The translations under genes were made by a program, and so were the position numbers. A stretch of 64,000 nucleotides of DNA from Macrostomum lignano (Eukaryota). Shown here piece after piece: positions 24,930 to 37,034 of this stretch. The first letter of the stretch is position 1; each line of letters opens with the position of its first letter. Where the stretch lies: assembly GCA_002269645.1 (NCBI GenBank), contig NIVC01000362.1, forward strand, positions 372,001-436,000. Direction: 5' to 3'. The notes under the pieces were generated by a model, which saw only the letters and a list, made by a program, of their open reading frames with translations, searched no databases and was not told the origin of the DNA.

Positions 24930-25353
24930 GATTCTGGGCTGCTATATTTAGAGCAGCTACGACTCTTCGCAAACAAATCTTCAATTAATTTAGTCGACGA
25001 GCCTCAGTTTGCAGTGCTATTTTAATTACATAAAATGACATAAATGGTTCAGTCTTATTAGTAACAATGATATAAAACTAACTACAGTCTGTAAATAAGA
25101 CCTATTAGTTAGCATATAAATTATTTACAATCAGTCACAACTGCAACTTTCAAGAAAATCTTTGTTGCTCAGGTTGTCATAAGTGTATTGGGACGCATCA
25201 ACTTTAACATTTTGTTTGACATTCTGAATATGGACCCCGGATGCCTAATTAGATGTCTTTCAATTAAAGTTCCATGCTCCATAATTTTGAAGTATCTAAA
25301 GATTTCACGAGTTCTATCAGTTGTCAAATTTGACTAATTTGTAACAACGGAGT

Positions 25354-25665
25354 CAGGGGGCCGTAGGCCGGTGGTTCAGCACAGGCTCGATTCCAAGTGC
25401 AGTCGCATTAACTTGGGGCTAAATTGGAATCTCGACTTGGCTCTGTTCGTGCAATTAACGGCCTTCAGGGCCAACCCCCAAGGCACAGTGAAGTGTACAT
25501 GCCTAACGATAAATAAAGTTAGGGCCGCTGTACACTCCTGTGTGGTGTGCCTGTGCGTATGACTGCGTACGTATCTGCGCGCTTGTGTGCCTGCTCAGGG
25601 GAGTCGGCGGAATGGGCAGTAATGTCTCTTAAAGTGCTTAAGGCTTAAAATGCGCCAAGGTGCAA
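25354..25665 (+). mobile_element. tRNA-derived SINE, family A, copy 2 (deletion in head)
   Basis: GGGGGCCGTAG...GGCTCGATTCCAAGTGCAGTC...GCTCAGGGGAGTCGGCGGAAT is closely similar to 6288-6630. Confidence 0.7.
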
Positions 25666-26711
25666 ACAACCCTCGGACTTCCAATAATAACAGACATGGA
25701 TTTTGCAGACACCTACAACTTCTGTGAGTCAGAGGGCTCAGCAGTGTAAAGCGTAGGAGGGTAAAATATGATTGGTTTTTTATTTAATATTGAAATTTTC
25801 TAACTGACGCCAGCTGGCATTTTGGTTTTCAAAAGAAACCTAGGCAGTTGCCAAATTCTTTTAAAATATCTACAGGTATAATCTCTTTCAAAGCAGAAAA
25901 TCAGACTCCGGTATATATTAGCCAAGATCAAAACGGAGATAGGAATCTATCTCTCAGTTCATCTATTCGTCTCTCTAGCTCCGCAGAGAGAAAGCCAATC
26001 AATATGCAAGGCTTAATTAATGCTTCAAAATTCTAATAGGAAAATGCGGCCTAGAACTGGTTCGAATACGACAGACGGTTAACCCTCCCTTCAATTGGCA
26101 TCCGCAAATCCCTAGTTGACACTGAAATAGAGACAGAGAATGAGAGAAGCAAAGATTGAAAATAATTCTATGCATCCGTCTCTCGTATTTGAGGATTTTT
26201 TCAGGCGCTCTATCGCCCCCTCCCCAGGTTTAGTAGAGCTTATTAAAAACTAGTGAATGACAACATGAACAGGCAGCGAACTGTGTCTGCTTGCTGTAAC
26301 AAAAATCCTATAGGGATTTCTCTCGATGGAGGATATTTCAATACTCTATAGCTCTCTCTCCGATACATCAATAAAACCTCGCAGACAGACCTCGTCTTCG
26401 TTAATGGAGAGAGAAAATAGGAAACTGTTTGATTGAGAAAAGTTTTCGGCTAATAAAAACCAAATTTGCATATGAATTCGATGCCCTCGATAAGAATATT
26501 TTACTTTGAAGCTGATTCATACTATATATTTCGCATTTTCCAAATAGGGTATTAAAAAAGAAAATTAATTACAATACAGAAAGCTGACGTCTAGACTTGA
26601 AGGCAATGCAGTGAAGTGTTGTTACGATATAACTTGATAAGAGTTGATAATTTTGGAGCTAAGCCATGGATGAAAAAATGAAAGGTATTACTGATTGTTA
26701 CTCAAAACATC

Positions 26712-27050
26712 TTGAATAGTTGCAGCCTAGATCAAAGCATCTGGAACAGTTGCAGCCTAGATCAAAGCATCTGGAACAGTTGCAGCTTAGATCAAAGCAT
26801 CTGGAACAGTTGCAGCTTAGATCAAAGCATCTGGAACAGTTGCAGCTTAGATCAAAGCATCTGGAACAGTTGCAGCTTAGATCAAAGCATCTGGAACAGT
26901 TGCAGCTTAGATCAAAGCATCTGGAACAGTTGCAGCCTAGATCAAAGCATCTGGAACAGTTGCAGCTTAGATCAAAGCATCTGGAACAGTTGCAGCTTAG
27001 ATCAAATCATCTGGAACAGTTGCAGCTTAGCTCAAAGCATCTTGAATATT
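26712..27050. repeat. 30-bp minisatellite (TAGATCAAAGCATCTGGAACAGTTGCAGCY)
   Basis: About 11 near-perfect copies. Confidence 0.95.
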
Positions 27051-28439
27051 TGCAAGTTGCGACTTGACTCAAATGATCTCGAAAAGTGGTAGCCTAACTC
27101 AGGATAATCAAGACGGCGGTTCAAAATAAGGTCATAAGTTAAGTATGGAAGCTCGGTTATAGCAATTTCAAACTGCAGGAGTCACATAGCACCAGTACAT
27201 AATGGAGCAGACGGAGACGCTCCCAAGAGACCTAACAGGCGAAGACGTCTTCTCTTTAACCAAGCAAGCAACACAAAAATGAGCTGGCTGGAAAAATCAG
27301 TTTGCAAGAATCTCATTTTCTTCCTCTCTTGCTTCCCCAAACTGCACAGAAGCCACTTGGAGATAACGAACTCTAGAAAAAGGACAGGCAAGCCTCTTCA
27401 TAGACTGCGAGCAGAGTGAGTGCCGATCAAGCAAGTTGTCTCCAACAAATTTTTCCGACGAAAAGAAACGAGCAACAGTTGCTTTAAAGCAATGAAAATC
27501 GAATGAAGCCTGTAGGCACAAATTAGCTTTGGCCCTTCAGCCTCCCTCGAGAGTCGCAAACAATTTATTCCTTCATACCCCCAGCTTTGTAAGCTGCTTG
27601 CTCAAGCGAACGAATAAGAGAGAGGAAAAATAGATGCGACAGACGGACTTTGACGAAAGAGAGAATTGATAAGTGCCAAGTCGAAACTGACAAACCTTAG
27701 GGATTAAGGCACTGAAACCGGGGATTTCAGCAAAGAAGAGAGTTCAAGTCTCAGTTTTCGGGCGCGGTGCTTTCAAAACGTATCGGTTCGATACAATAGA
27801 ATTTAAGGTTATTTTCTGCTACAGAATTGCAGCAAATATTGAACTCAACCAAATGGCAGAGCTTGCTATTCTGAGGCTTAAAAACCCAGCGAATGGCATA
27901 ATAACATAAATTGAAATTGATATATCAGAGAAAAAGGATATAGCCATATGGATAGGAAAGAAGCGCCGCACAATGCCTCAAATAATACAATAGAGCCAAA
28001 AAACAGCAAGCAATCCAGTTAGTATGGAGACTGTGCGCTTTTAATGCAACATATCTCGCAAGATAAATAGAAATGGAAAGTAAAAAGAGATCAGATATAC
28101 ATGCATAGACAAAAGCTCTCTTTGCTACAATAGTTGAATATACACAGACAAGAGCGCTAATGAGATTCCCGCAGAAAAACGTTGTTTGCTAGCTAATGAG
28201 CACACTGCTCATTGGGAATAAACACACACGAACAAGTACAAGTAACACATATAGAAAGTCGAAGGAAATAAATAGGTCGGTGTGTGACCTAAAAGTGTTA
28301 ATTAGTTTTTAAAATACAGTAAAAAGCTCCAATGGGAATTTGTGGCTTATTGAATGATTTTGTGAAAGACCTGAGGGAGACGACGGTAGCGTTACTAACG
28401 AAATGATGTGAGAAAGATGGTAGCGAAATTAAGTAAAAC

Positions 28440-28670
28440 ACCTGATGGAGATGGCAGCAGCACCTGACTGAAGGACATGATGGACTGGAGATGGCAGCAG
28501 CACCGGACTGGAGGACACAAAGGACCGAACATTGCAGCATCACCGGACTGAAGGACACGATGGACTGGAGATGGCAGCAGCACCGGACTGAAGGGCACAA
28601 AGGACTGGACATTGCAGCAGCACTGGACTGAAGGACACGATGGACTGTAGATGGCAGCAGCAGCAGCAAG
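28440..28670. repeat. ~40-bp minisatellite related to the 29.5-31.5 kb array
   Basis: Units TGGACTGGAGATGGCAGCAGCACCGGACTGAAGGACACGA share ACTGAAGGACACGA and GCAGCAGC with the larger array. Confidence 0.8.
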
Positions 28671-29489
28671 CAAAGCACAAAGGAGGGCAAATTTCAGCCT
28701 AAGTACTACTGCACTTAAAAGCTGTCTTCGGCGTTAGCCAATATAACGCATTTTCCATCAGTAAAAGCTTAGGGTTGGGATAATTACGCATGAATAAGCA
28801 ATCCTAGAGGCTGGAAGAAGGCACTCGGGTAAAAAACGCACGCTAAATTAAGGGCAGAAGAGCATTATAGGCACACAGGTAGGAACTATACAGGTGGGGG
28901 AGAATTTTATTGATTTTTCCCGCCCTTCGTTTTGAGAAGTTTTTTACAAGAGTGACAGTTCCCCTGAAAAGAATTCCCATTTTTTTGGGCACGCAACGCC
29001 GCACGCGTGTACGCGTACAACATACAGGCAGGGTTATTATCACAGGTACTGATTTCCGATGCTTACTACAGTACAATCAAGTCCAGTATACAATTTTATG
29101 TTCGCTTTTCTATCAACGTATATTAATATTATAATTTATTCATTGCTGCAGCTTAGCTATATGCTTGCTTGCTGTCGTACTGGCAATAAAAATTGGGGAA
29201 CGAACGAGGCCATGAAGGCGAAGACCCAGCTACAGTGAAGGAGGTTTGGCGAGAGCGGCATCCTTCAATCTAAAATAATCCCCACCTCGGAGCCAAGGTT
29301 TTCAGGCCTAGAAGAGTAACAGAATCCACCTCTGACAGAGCACTCACGGCAGTGACAGGGAATAAAAATTCACACTGCACTCGCACTCCAACACACTTCT
29401 ACTTGCATATTATATATTCCATTATGTTTCTTAGAGTAGGAAAAGAACGTAGTGCATATGCATAATTTTTTTAATATATAATTATCGTA

Positions 29490-31532
29490 TATATTCACAC
29501 TGAGAAAACGAGGGAGGCACTGGAGGTGACAGAAGCAGCCTCAAGAGACTAAAGGACGTGAGGCACTGGTGGCAGCAGCAGCCTTAAGAGACTGAAGGAC
29601 ACGAGGCACTGGAGGTGACAGTAGCAGCCAAGAGACTGAAGGACACGAGGCACTGGAGGTGACAGCAGCAGCATCAAGAGACTGAAGGACACGAGGCACT
29701 GGTGGCAGCAGCAGCCTTAAGACTGAAGGACACGAGGCACTGGAGGTGACAGAAGCAGCCAAGAGACTGAAGGACACGAGGCACTGGAGGTGACAGTAGC
29801 AGCCAAGAGACTGAAGGACACGAGGCACTGGAGGTGACAGTAGCAGCCAAGAGACTGAAGGACACGAGGCACTGGAGGTGACAGTAGCAGCCAAGAGACT
29901 GAAGGACACGAGGCACTGGAGGTGACAGCAGCAGAACTAAGGTTGCCTTGGAGGAGCTCACGAACCGGCAGGCAACCGAGAAAGAGAACAAGGAAACTGC
30001 AGAGAGCTGGATCGCGAACAGAGACACCGACTACATCCTGTACACAGATGGGTCGGTGGGCAAGGACGGTAAAGGTGGAGCTGGTCTCATCATCTACCGG
30101 GGCAGCACGAAGCAGGGCGAAGCTCGAGGATCAGCGGGACAGGGATGCTCGTCCACGCAAGCCGAGATCAGGGCACTCCGTATGGCAATCGATTGGTTGG
30201 ACGCGGCAGACTGGAAAACGGCCACCATCGTGAGTGATAGTCAAGCAGCGCTCCGGGCTTTCCAGGACAGATGGAAGGGTGAATGGCAGGACGTGAGGCA
30301 TTGCTGGCTAAAGATCGCGAAGTGGCCTGAAAGAACCCTGACGATGAAGTGGGTGGCAGGACATGTCGGAGTGGAAGGAAATGAGCTGGCGGACAGGCTG
30401 GCGGCAGAGGGACGAGGCGAGGAAGATGACGTCTGGACAAGGAAAGCGGCCACTAACCACATTCGTAGAGCCCTGGAAGGCAGGATGGAGTGGAAGCACG
30501 AGAGGGCGAAGGAAATCTACGCGAAGAAGCAGCCGGACTGGCGGAAGGAAGGAAAGTGGTACAGAGCGGCCAGGCGCGATTTTGCCAGGTTCAGGACCGG
30601 ACACCACACGGAGCTGGCGGAGTATGGTGCTCGGATTGGAGCCAGGGAGAGTGGAACGTGCCGGCTGTGCAATCTCGAGGAGGAAGGCACGGAACACGTA
30701 CTGTTGAAGTGCCCAGTGATGGACAACATCAGGAGGAAGACCGGCATCACGGAGATGGGCGACTTATGCGCCATGCCCGAAGAATGCCGGGCCCTTTGGA
30801 ACGAGTTCCGAGACCGGGTTAGACTGAAGAGAGAGTAGGACTGTGGTACGGCAACGCCAACAACAACAACAACAGCAGCAGCATCAAGAGACTGAAGGAC
30901 ACGAGGCACTGGAGGTGACAGTAGCAGCCAAGAGACTGAAGGACACGAGGCACTGGAGGTGACAGCAGCAGCATCAAGAGACTGAAGGACACGAGGCACT
31001 GGTGGCAGCAGCAGCCTTAAGACTGAAGGACACGAGGCACTGGAGGTGACAGAAGCAGCATCAAGAGACTGAAGGACACGAGGCACTGGAGGTGACAGTA
31101 GCAGCCAAGAGACTGAAGGACACGAGGCACTGGAGGTGACAGCAGCAGCATCAAGAGACTGAAGGACACGAGGCACTGGAGGTGACAGTAGCAGCCAAGA
31201 GACTGAAGGACACGAGGCACTGGAGGTGACAGCAGCAGCATCAAGAGACTGAAGGACACGAGGCACTGGAGGTGACAGAAGCAGCCACAAGAGACTGAAG
31301 GACACGAGACACTCGAGGTGACAGCAGCAGCCAAGAGACTGAAGGACACGAGGCACTGGAGGTGACAGCAGCAGCCTCAAGAGACTGAAGGACACGAGGC
31401 ACTGGAGGTGACAGTAGCAGCCAAGAGACTGAAGGACACGAGGCACTGGAGGTGACAGCAGCAGCATCAAGAGACTGAAGGACACGAGGCACTGGAGGTG
31501 ACAGCAGCAGCCTCAAGAGACTGAAGGACACG
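29490..31532. repeat. 44-46-bp minisatellite (GAGACTGAAGGACACGAGGCACTGGAGGTGACAGCAGCAGCATCAA), interrupted by a LINE fragment
   Basis: Tandem copies on both sides of 29935-30871. Confidence 0.95.
29935..30871 (+). mobile_element. 5'-truncated non-LTR retrotransposon (I-group-like): RNase H plus C-terminal CCHC motif, (CAA)n tail
   Basis: Open frame with LYTDGS, AEIRAL, IVSDSQAAL, WVAGHVGVEGNELADRLA, FRTGH and CRLC..EGTEHVLLKCP. Stop at 30838, (CAA)n tail, and ACAGCAGCAG duplicated at 29925-29934 and 30872-30881. Confidence 0.9.
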
Positions 31533-32849
31533 AGATTGCAACGCACAGCATGCGCCAAAATATTCCGAGGCGATGACAACTACATGTTGATTCATAAATA
31601 AATTACAAATTCATAGCCAAAACCTGTAGTGTAACGCACACATACGAAGAGAGACGAAAAAGGAACTCAGAGATTGAGGGGTAAAAAAGCTTTAGGTATT
31701 GATTTCTGTTTATTGAAAGAGTGCAAGATAGACAGGGCGGGCGGTAGGAAGAGAAAAACCGATTTTGCTACTCAAAGCCTTCTTGACCTAAACTGGTGCT
31801 TCAATTTCAGGAAAGAAAACACCCAATTTTTAAGTGCCTCTTAAGCTGGAAAAGGGGCAAGAAGACGTTGTCAGTAGAACCACTTTAATAAATAGGGTTT
31901 ATGGTTTTCTGTTTACCCAACACTTTCACGACATGTACTTTTTAACTAATAAACTAATGTTCGTCTATTGTGAATATCTTATGGTCTAATCTAATAATAA
32001 ATCAACGCGAAAGAAAAAGTTGAGAAATAAAACAACACAGAGACATCATAATGATTGCTACTAAAGGCGGTATAATTAAAAATCTCTCCAGAGAAACCGT
32101 ATAATTAATAGTTCGATTAAATTAGTTTTAGTACTACTTAGTTACTCGCGCATATCACCTTGTCGGTGTTTTTTGATCGAGAGAAATAATTGTGACTATA
32201 AATAGTTTACCGTATACATAATATAAGCGTAGACTAATATTACCATAATAGCGTGACTAATATAAACTACGACTTGTTTTGGCACAAATAATTGCACGAT
32301 GCACACTTACTTTGACTGGTTTTATTATTATTATTATCACTCAATAAGCTATATTGATAGACGCAACAGTTATTATCAGAAACAGAGGAAATCTATTATA
32401 CTATTCATAACAGCAACAAACCACCATTTAACTAGAACAAGCAGAAAGAAGGCAAATAACAGACATTAACAGCAAGTATCAGAAATATATGATTAAAATT
32501 GAGAAGATTTACTACCATTCAAAAGTACATTAACAGTCTGTTTTTATAAACAATAAATCGATTTCCGCTTTAGTTCAGTACTTATCAGCTTGTTTAATCG
32601 GCTTTCTTGCCGCTATTCACCGATATGTAGTGATAGAGTATGACCAAAAGGAACAGGCATACGCTGAGCAGATTGGCAAAGATTGACAGTTGCACGTCCG
32701 TGATCATGATGGGTCCAGTGTATTGCTGCTTTTAGTGCATGCAATGTATTGTTTTTACTTGAGCACGATTATTGAAAACATAATGAGCAGTTATGGGTCT
32801 AAAATATTAGCATGCGTAACTAACTACCTGCTTCTATCTGAACTTTAAT

Positions 32850-33515
32850 ATGTGAATCTGTCTATTAGTGTGTGAATGGATCTAATAGCGTGTGAATCTG
32901 TCTATTAGTGTGTGAATGGATCTAATAGTGTGTGAATCTGTCTATTAGTGTGTGAATCTGTTAATTAGTGTGTGAATTTGTCTATTAGTGTGTGAATCAG
33001 TCTATTAGTGTGTGAATCTGTCTATTAGTGTGTGAATCTGTCTATTAGTGTGTGAATCTGTCTATTAGTAGGTGAATTTGTCTATTTGTGTGTGAATTTG
33101 TCTAATGGTGTGTGTGAATGTCTATTGGTGTGTGTGAATTTGTCTATGGTGTGTGTGAATTTGTCTATTGGTGTGTGTGAATCTGTCTATTAGTGTGTGA
33201 ATGGATCTAATAGTGTGTGAATCTGTCTATTAGTGTGTGAATCTGTTCATTAGTGTGTGAATTTGTCTATTAGTGTGTGAATCTGTCTATTAGTGTGTGA
33301 ATCTGTCTATTAGTGTGTGAATCTGTCTATTAGTGTGTGAATCTGTCTATTAGTGTGTAAATCAGTATATTCGTGTGTAAATCTGTCTATTAGTGGGTGA
33401 ATTTGTCTATTTGTGTGTGAATCTGTCTATTGGTGTGTGTGAATCTGTCTATTAGTGTGTGAATCTGTCTATTAGTGTGTGAATCTGTCTATTAGTGTGT
33501 GAATCTGTCTGTCTA
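32850..33515. repeat. 20-bp minisatellite (TGTGAATCTGTCTATTAGTG)
   Basis: About 32 tandem copies. Confidence 0.95.
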
Positions 33516-34442
33516 TTAGATCGGTAACGTAAAATGATATGTGAATAAGGTACACATGAAAAATCATGCCTAATATTCTACATAAACACTTTTACATTGC
33601 CTAACAAATGCTTGCACGCAATAACAATCTTTTTCTAGACTAAATTTCCAAGAACTAGACCATTACAAAGATGAAATAATGAAAATGATTCAGTTAGCCA
33701 AAGAAGAATATTAATGTGATGGTAAATAGCTATCAACATTAATATATTTATAGTCTATACGATGAGGTGTGATAACAGTGACACGAGAACATTTTAAAGA
33801 GAGTTTGTTAACAACTTGATTAAAATCCAATTTCATATACATATTGTATAATTCCGGTGCATAAATAAATTAGTAATATTGGTTGAATTTACACGGAAAA
33901 TTTATGCTACCGAACAGAGATAAGAATTAAGGTTGGGCTTTCAAATTTGAACGGCTGTTTTCTAACTCTGCATGACAAGGGCTATGCTAGATTATACGAG
34001 ATCTACTACTGACTGACACAAGCTTAACGACAGATAGATAATAAAGTAAACAAAAAATAGTTTTACAATGCAATTAGTTATAACACATAAACGATATATA
34101 TGCCAATGTATTATAAATTAAATATTTTCTGAATAAGAAGTCCGTAAGGAGTCTCTAGCGAACAAAAATATTATGCAATGTAAGCTTGAAAAAGCTTTAT
34201 AATTATATAATAGTTACGCGGAGGAACATTATAATAATAATTAAATTAGCTAAGGATACACAACGGAAAAAATTGAACTCTTTTTCTCTCTTAGCAAGAA
34301 AATAAAATCAAATTAGATAATTATTATTGATCAATCAAGACCACAATACCCAGGTTGTGTACTACACTATAATGAAACGAAACACCAAAAACGACCCAAA
34401 TATGTTTTTCCAGTTTAATAAATAGTCTATTAATTAATTTGC

Positions 34443-34742
34443 TTAATTAGGGGCCGCATAACTATTCACCATATTCAATCGATACTGAATGCCGCTAAAT
34501 ACCAATAGCAGTACGTAGATGCCGGCAGCGATGAAGCAATTATTAGATAACTGCTTGTACCGATCGTCAATGTATTGATAACTGTAGCCAGAGCTGGCCC
34601 ATTTCGCCTGGTCAAAGTAGATATCTTCGGCTAGAGCGACCGCATTGACACGGGCAAATATGCCAAGCAGTAGCAGCATCACAATGCCCCACACTGACAG
34701 TACAAGCAGTGAGACTGACAATTTCGGGCCGAGCAGAGCCAT
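34443..34742 (-). CDS. RNASEK: Ribonuclease kappa / V-ATPase subunit f-like, 99 aa, single coding exon
   Basis: MALLGPKLSVSLLVLSVWGIVMLLLLGIFARVNAVALAED...Y...SNNCFIAAGIYVLLLVFS: two TM segments with the family GPKLS..SVWG..ML..LG.F and NCFIAA.IY motifs. Confidence 0.9.
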   Translation of the reverse strand: MALLGPKLSVSLLVLSVWGIVMLLLLGIFARVNAVALAEDIYFDQAKWASSGYSYQYIDDRYKQLSNNCFIAAGIYVLLLVFSGIQYRLNMVNSYAAPN

Positions 34743-34981
34743 GTTCTTGATGCTAATGACCAACTATTTGCTTTAGATTAATTTTAGCAAGCAATTATAC
34801 AAACAATATTCAAGTCTTTGTCGTCGAAACAGTTAAGCATGCATTCAATATTCGAAATGATGGTTAAAAATTAAAAAATCATAAAGATAAAAACACAAAA
34901 CACTTCTGACTCAACAGCTGGATAAAATAGTTAGTTAGGATTAGAAAGTAAAGCTGGGTTATCTCTAACACACTGCATAAC

Positions 34982-35722
34982 CAAACGGGAAGTCAACTGA
35001 CCTACATGACCAAACGGGAAGTCAAATAACCTACATGACCAAACGGGAAGTCAAATAACCTACATGACCAAACGGGGAGTCAAATAACCTACATGACCAA
35101 ACAGGAAGTCAAATAACCTACATGACCAAACGGGAAGTCAAGTAACCTACATGATCAAACGGGAAGTCAAATAACCTACATGACCAAACGGGAAGTCAAA
35201 TAACCTACATGACCAAACGGGAAGTCAAATAACCAACATGACCAAACGGGAAGTCAAGTAACCTACATGATCAAACGGGAAGTCAAATAACCTACATGAC
35301 CAAACGGGGAGTCAAATAACCTACATGACCAAACGGGAAGTCAAGTAACCTACATGACCAAACGGGAAGTCAAATAACCTACATGACCAAACGGGAAGTC
35401 AAATAACCTACATGACCAAACGGGGAGTCAAATAACCTGCATGATCAAACGGGGAGTCAAGTAACCTACATGACCAAACGGGAAGTCAAATAACCTACAT
35501 GACCAAACGGGAAGTCAAGTAACCTACATGACCAAACGGGGAGTCAAATAACCTGCATGATCAAACGGGAAGTCAAATAACCTACATGACCAAACGGGAA
35601 GTCAAATAACCTACATGACCAAACGGGAAGTCAAATAACCTACATGACCAAACGGGAAGTCAAATAACCTACATGACCAAACGGGAAGTCAAATAACCTA
35701 CATGACCAAACGGGAAGTCAAA
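34982..35722. repeat. 29-bp minisatellite (CAAACGGGAAGTCAAATAACCTACATGAC)
   Basis: About 25 tandem copies just upstream of RNASEK. Confidence 0.96.
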
Positions 35723-37034
35723 CAACTAGACAAACAACTAACAAAATGTAAACCAAAGTTAAAAGACTTTTACAGTTTAAACTAAGCAAATTTTATATAT
35801 TTCAACAATTTAGCGTGCATTCGAACAAAAATTGGATATCAATAGCGGAATCTATATAAAAATAGTTATGAAATACTGAATTAGAAAAACACGCAGAACG
35901 CAGAGATTTCGCGAGATGGGAATTTAATTTAGAGATAATTATTGGGAGAAAAATATTAAACTAAATTATTACTGTATAGGACTGATTCCAAATTAATTTA
36001 TCAACGAGATTTGATTTACAAATAAGTAAAGATGAAAGTCGCACGTAAGATTCAATAACGATTATTACAAATATTTAAAATCGCTAGCACAAAGAATCAA
36101 ACATCTTCACCAAACAACTCCCACGTAATGCACGTTAATTAGAAAAAATAACTGAATTTTTACATAGAAAAATCTTTACCACAATTAAAAAACACAACGA
36201 TTACAAATTAACCGCAGTACACTACTCAATCTTGACAACTTAAAGTAGTAGATAGCGTATTTTTTCTTGACGTGTGCTTTAGATAATTATACTGCGCAAA
36301 ATTTACAGATAAGGACAATTAAATATAGCTTGTACTGTCTCTCTGATAATGGAATTCTTCATTAACTCACAGGAAATTGACACGTAAATCTTAAAATAAA
36401 GTATTTATACCATTAGTCTGCATTTAGCCAATATATTGCTTGTTTCATTCGAATAGAGAAGCCAATAGACAGAACTCAAAGGGATGGGGCAGCCAGCTGA
36501 CTCAACACAAAGGAAATCAAATGGGTTTAAGATGGACTCTAAAGATTAGGAAGAAGCTATGTTAAGGGCCTTTGGTTGCTACTTAAAGGGCGTAACGGGG
36601 TCAACTGACCCCCTCACTGAGGGTGTCACGGCTCAGGGTGGGTGGGGGGCAACGGGGTCAGATGACCCCCCGTCGAGTAAATCAGAGGGGGGAGATGACC
36701 ACCTTTCAAGTAAACCAGAGAGGGGTCAGATGACCCCTCACGAGGAAAACAGAGGGGCTACGAATTAAAAAAAGCCATACTTTTTACCTGCCAGGTTGTT
36801 ATCCAGGATTTTAGAGGAAGAGCAAGGGGGTCCGTTGACCCCGAAAAATTGATAAAAAATGTCTTACTAAAAAACCTTATCAAAGGATATGGAGTCAGCT
36901 GACCTCCCTACGCGCTAGACTCGACCCTGCTCCAATCAGATTAGTGCATACTTCTACTGTTGACAAGTGAATTATCAAATTCATGTAATAAAGAATCGCG
37001 TATAGTTTAATAAAACAACAAACAATCGTACGCA

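Noticed and set aside
26712-35722. CRISPR-like appearance of the 29-46-bp arrays and their repeat ORFs
   Set aside because: Units are head-to-tail with no unique spacers, there are no cas genes, and the context is eukaryotic.
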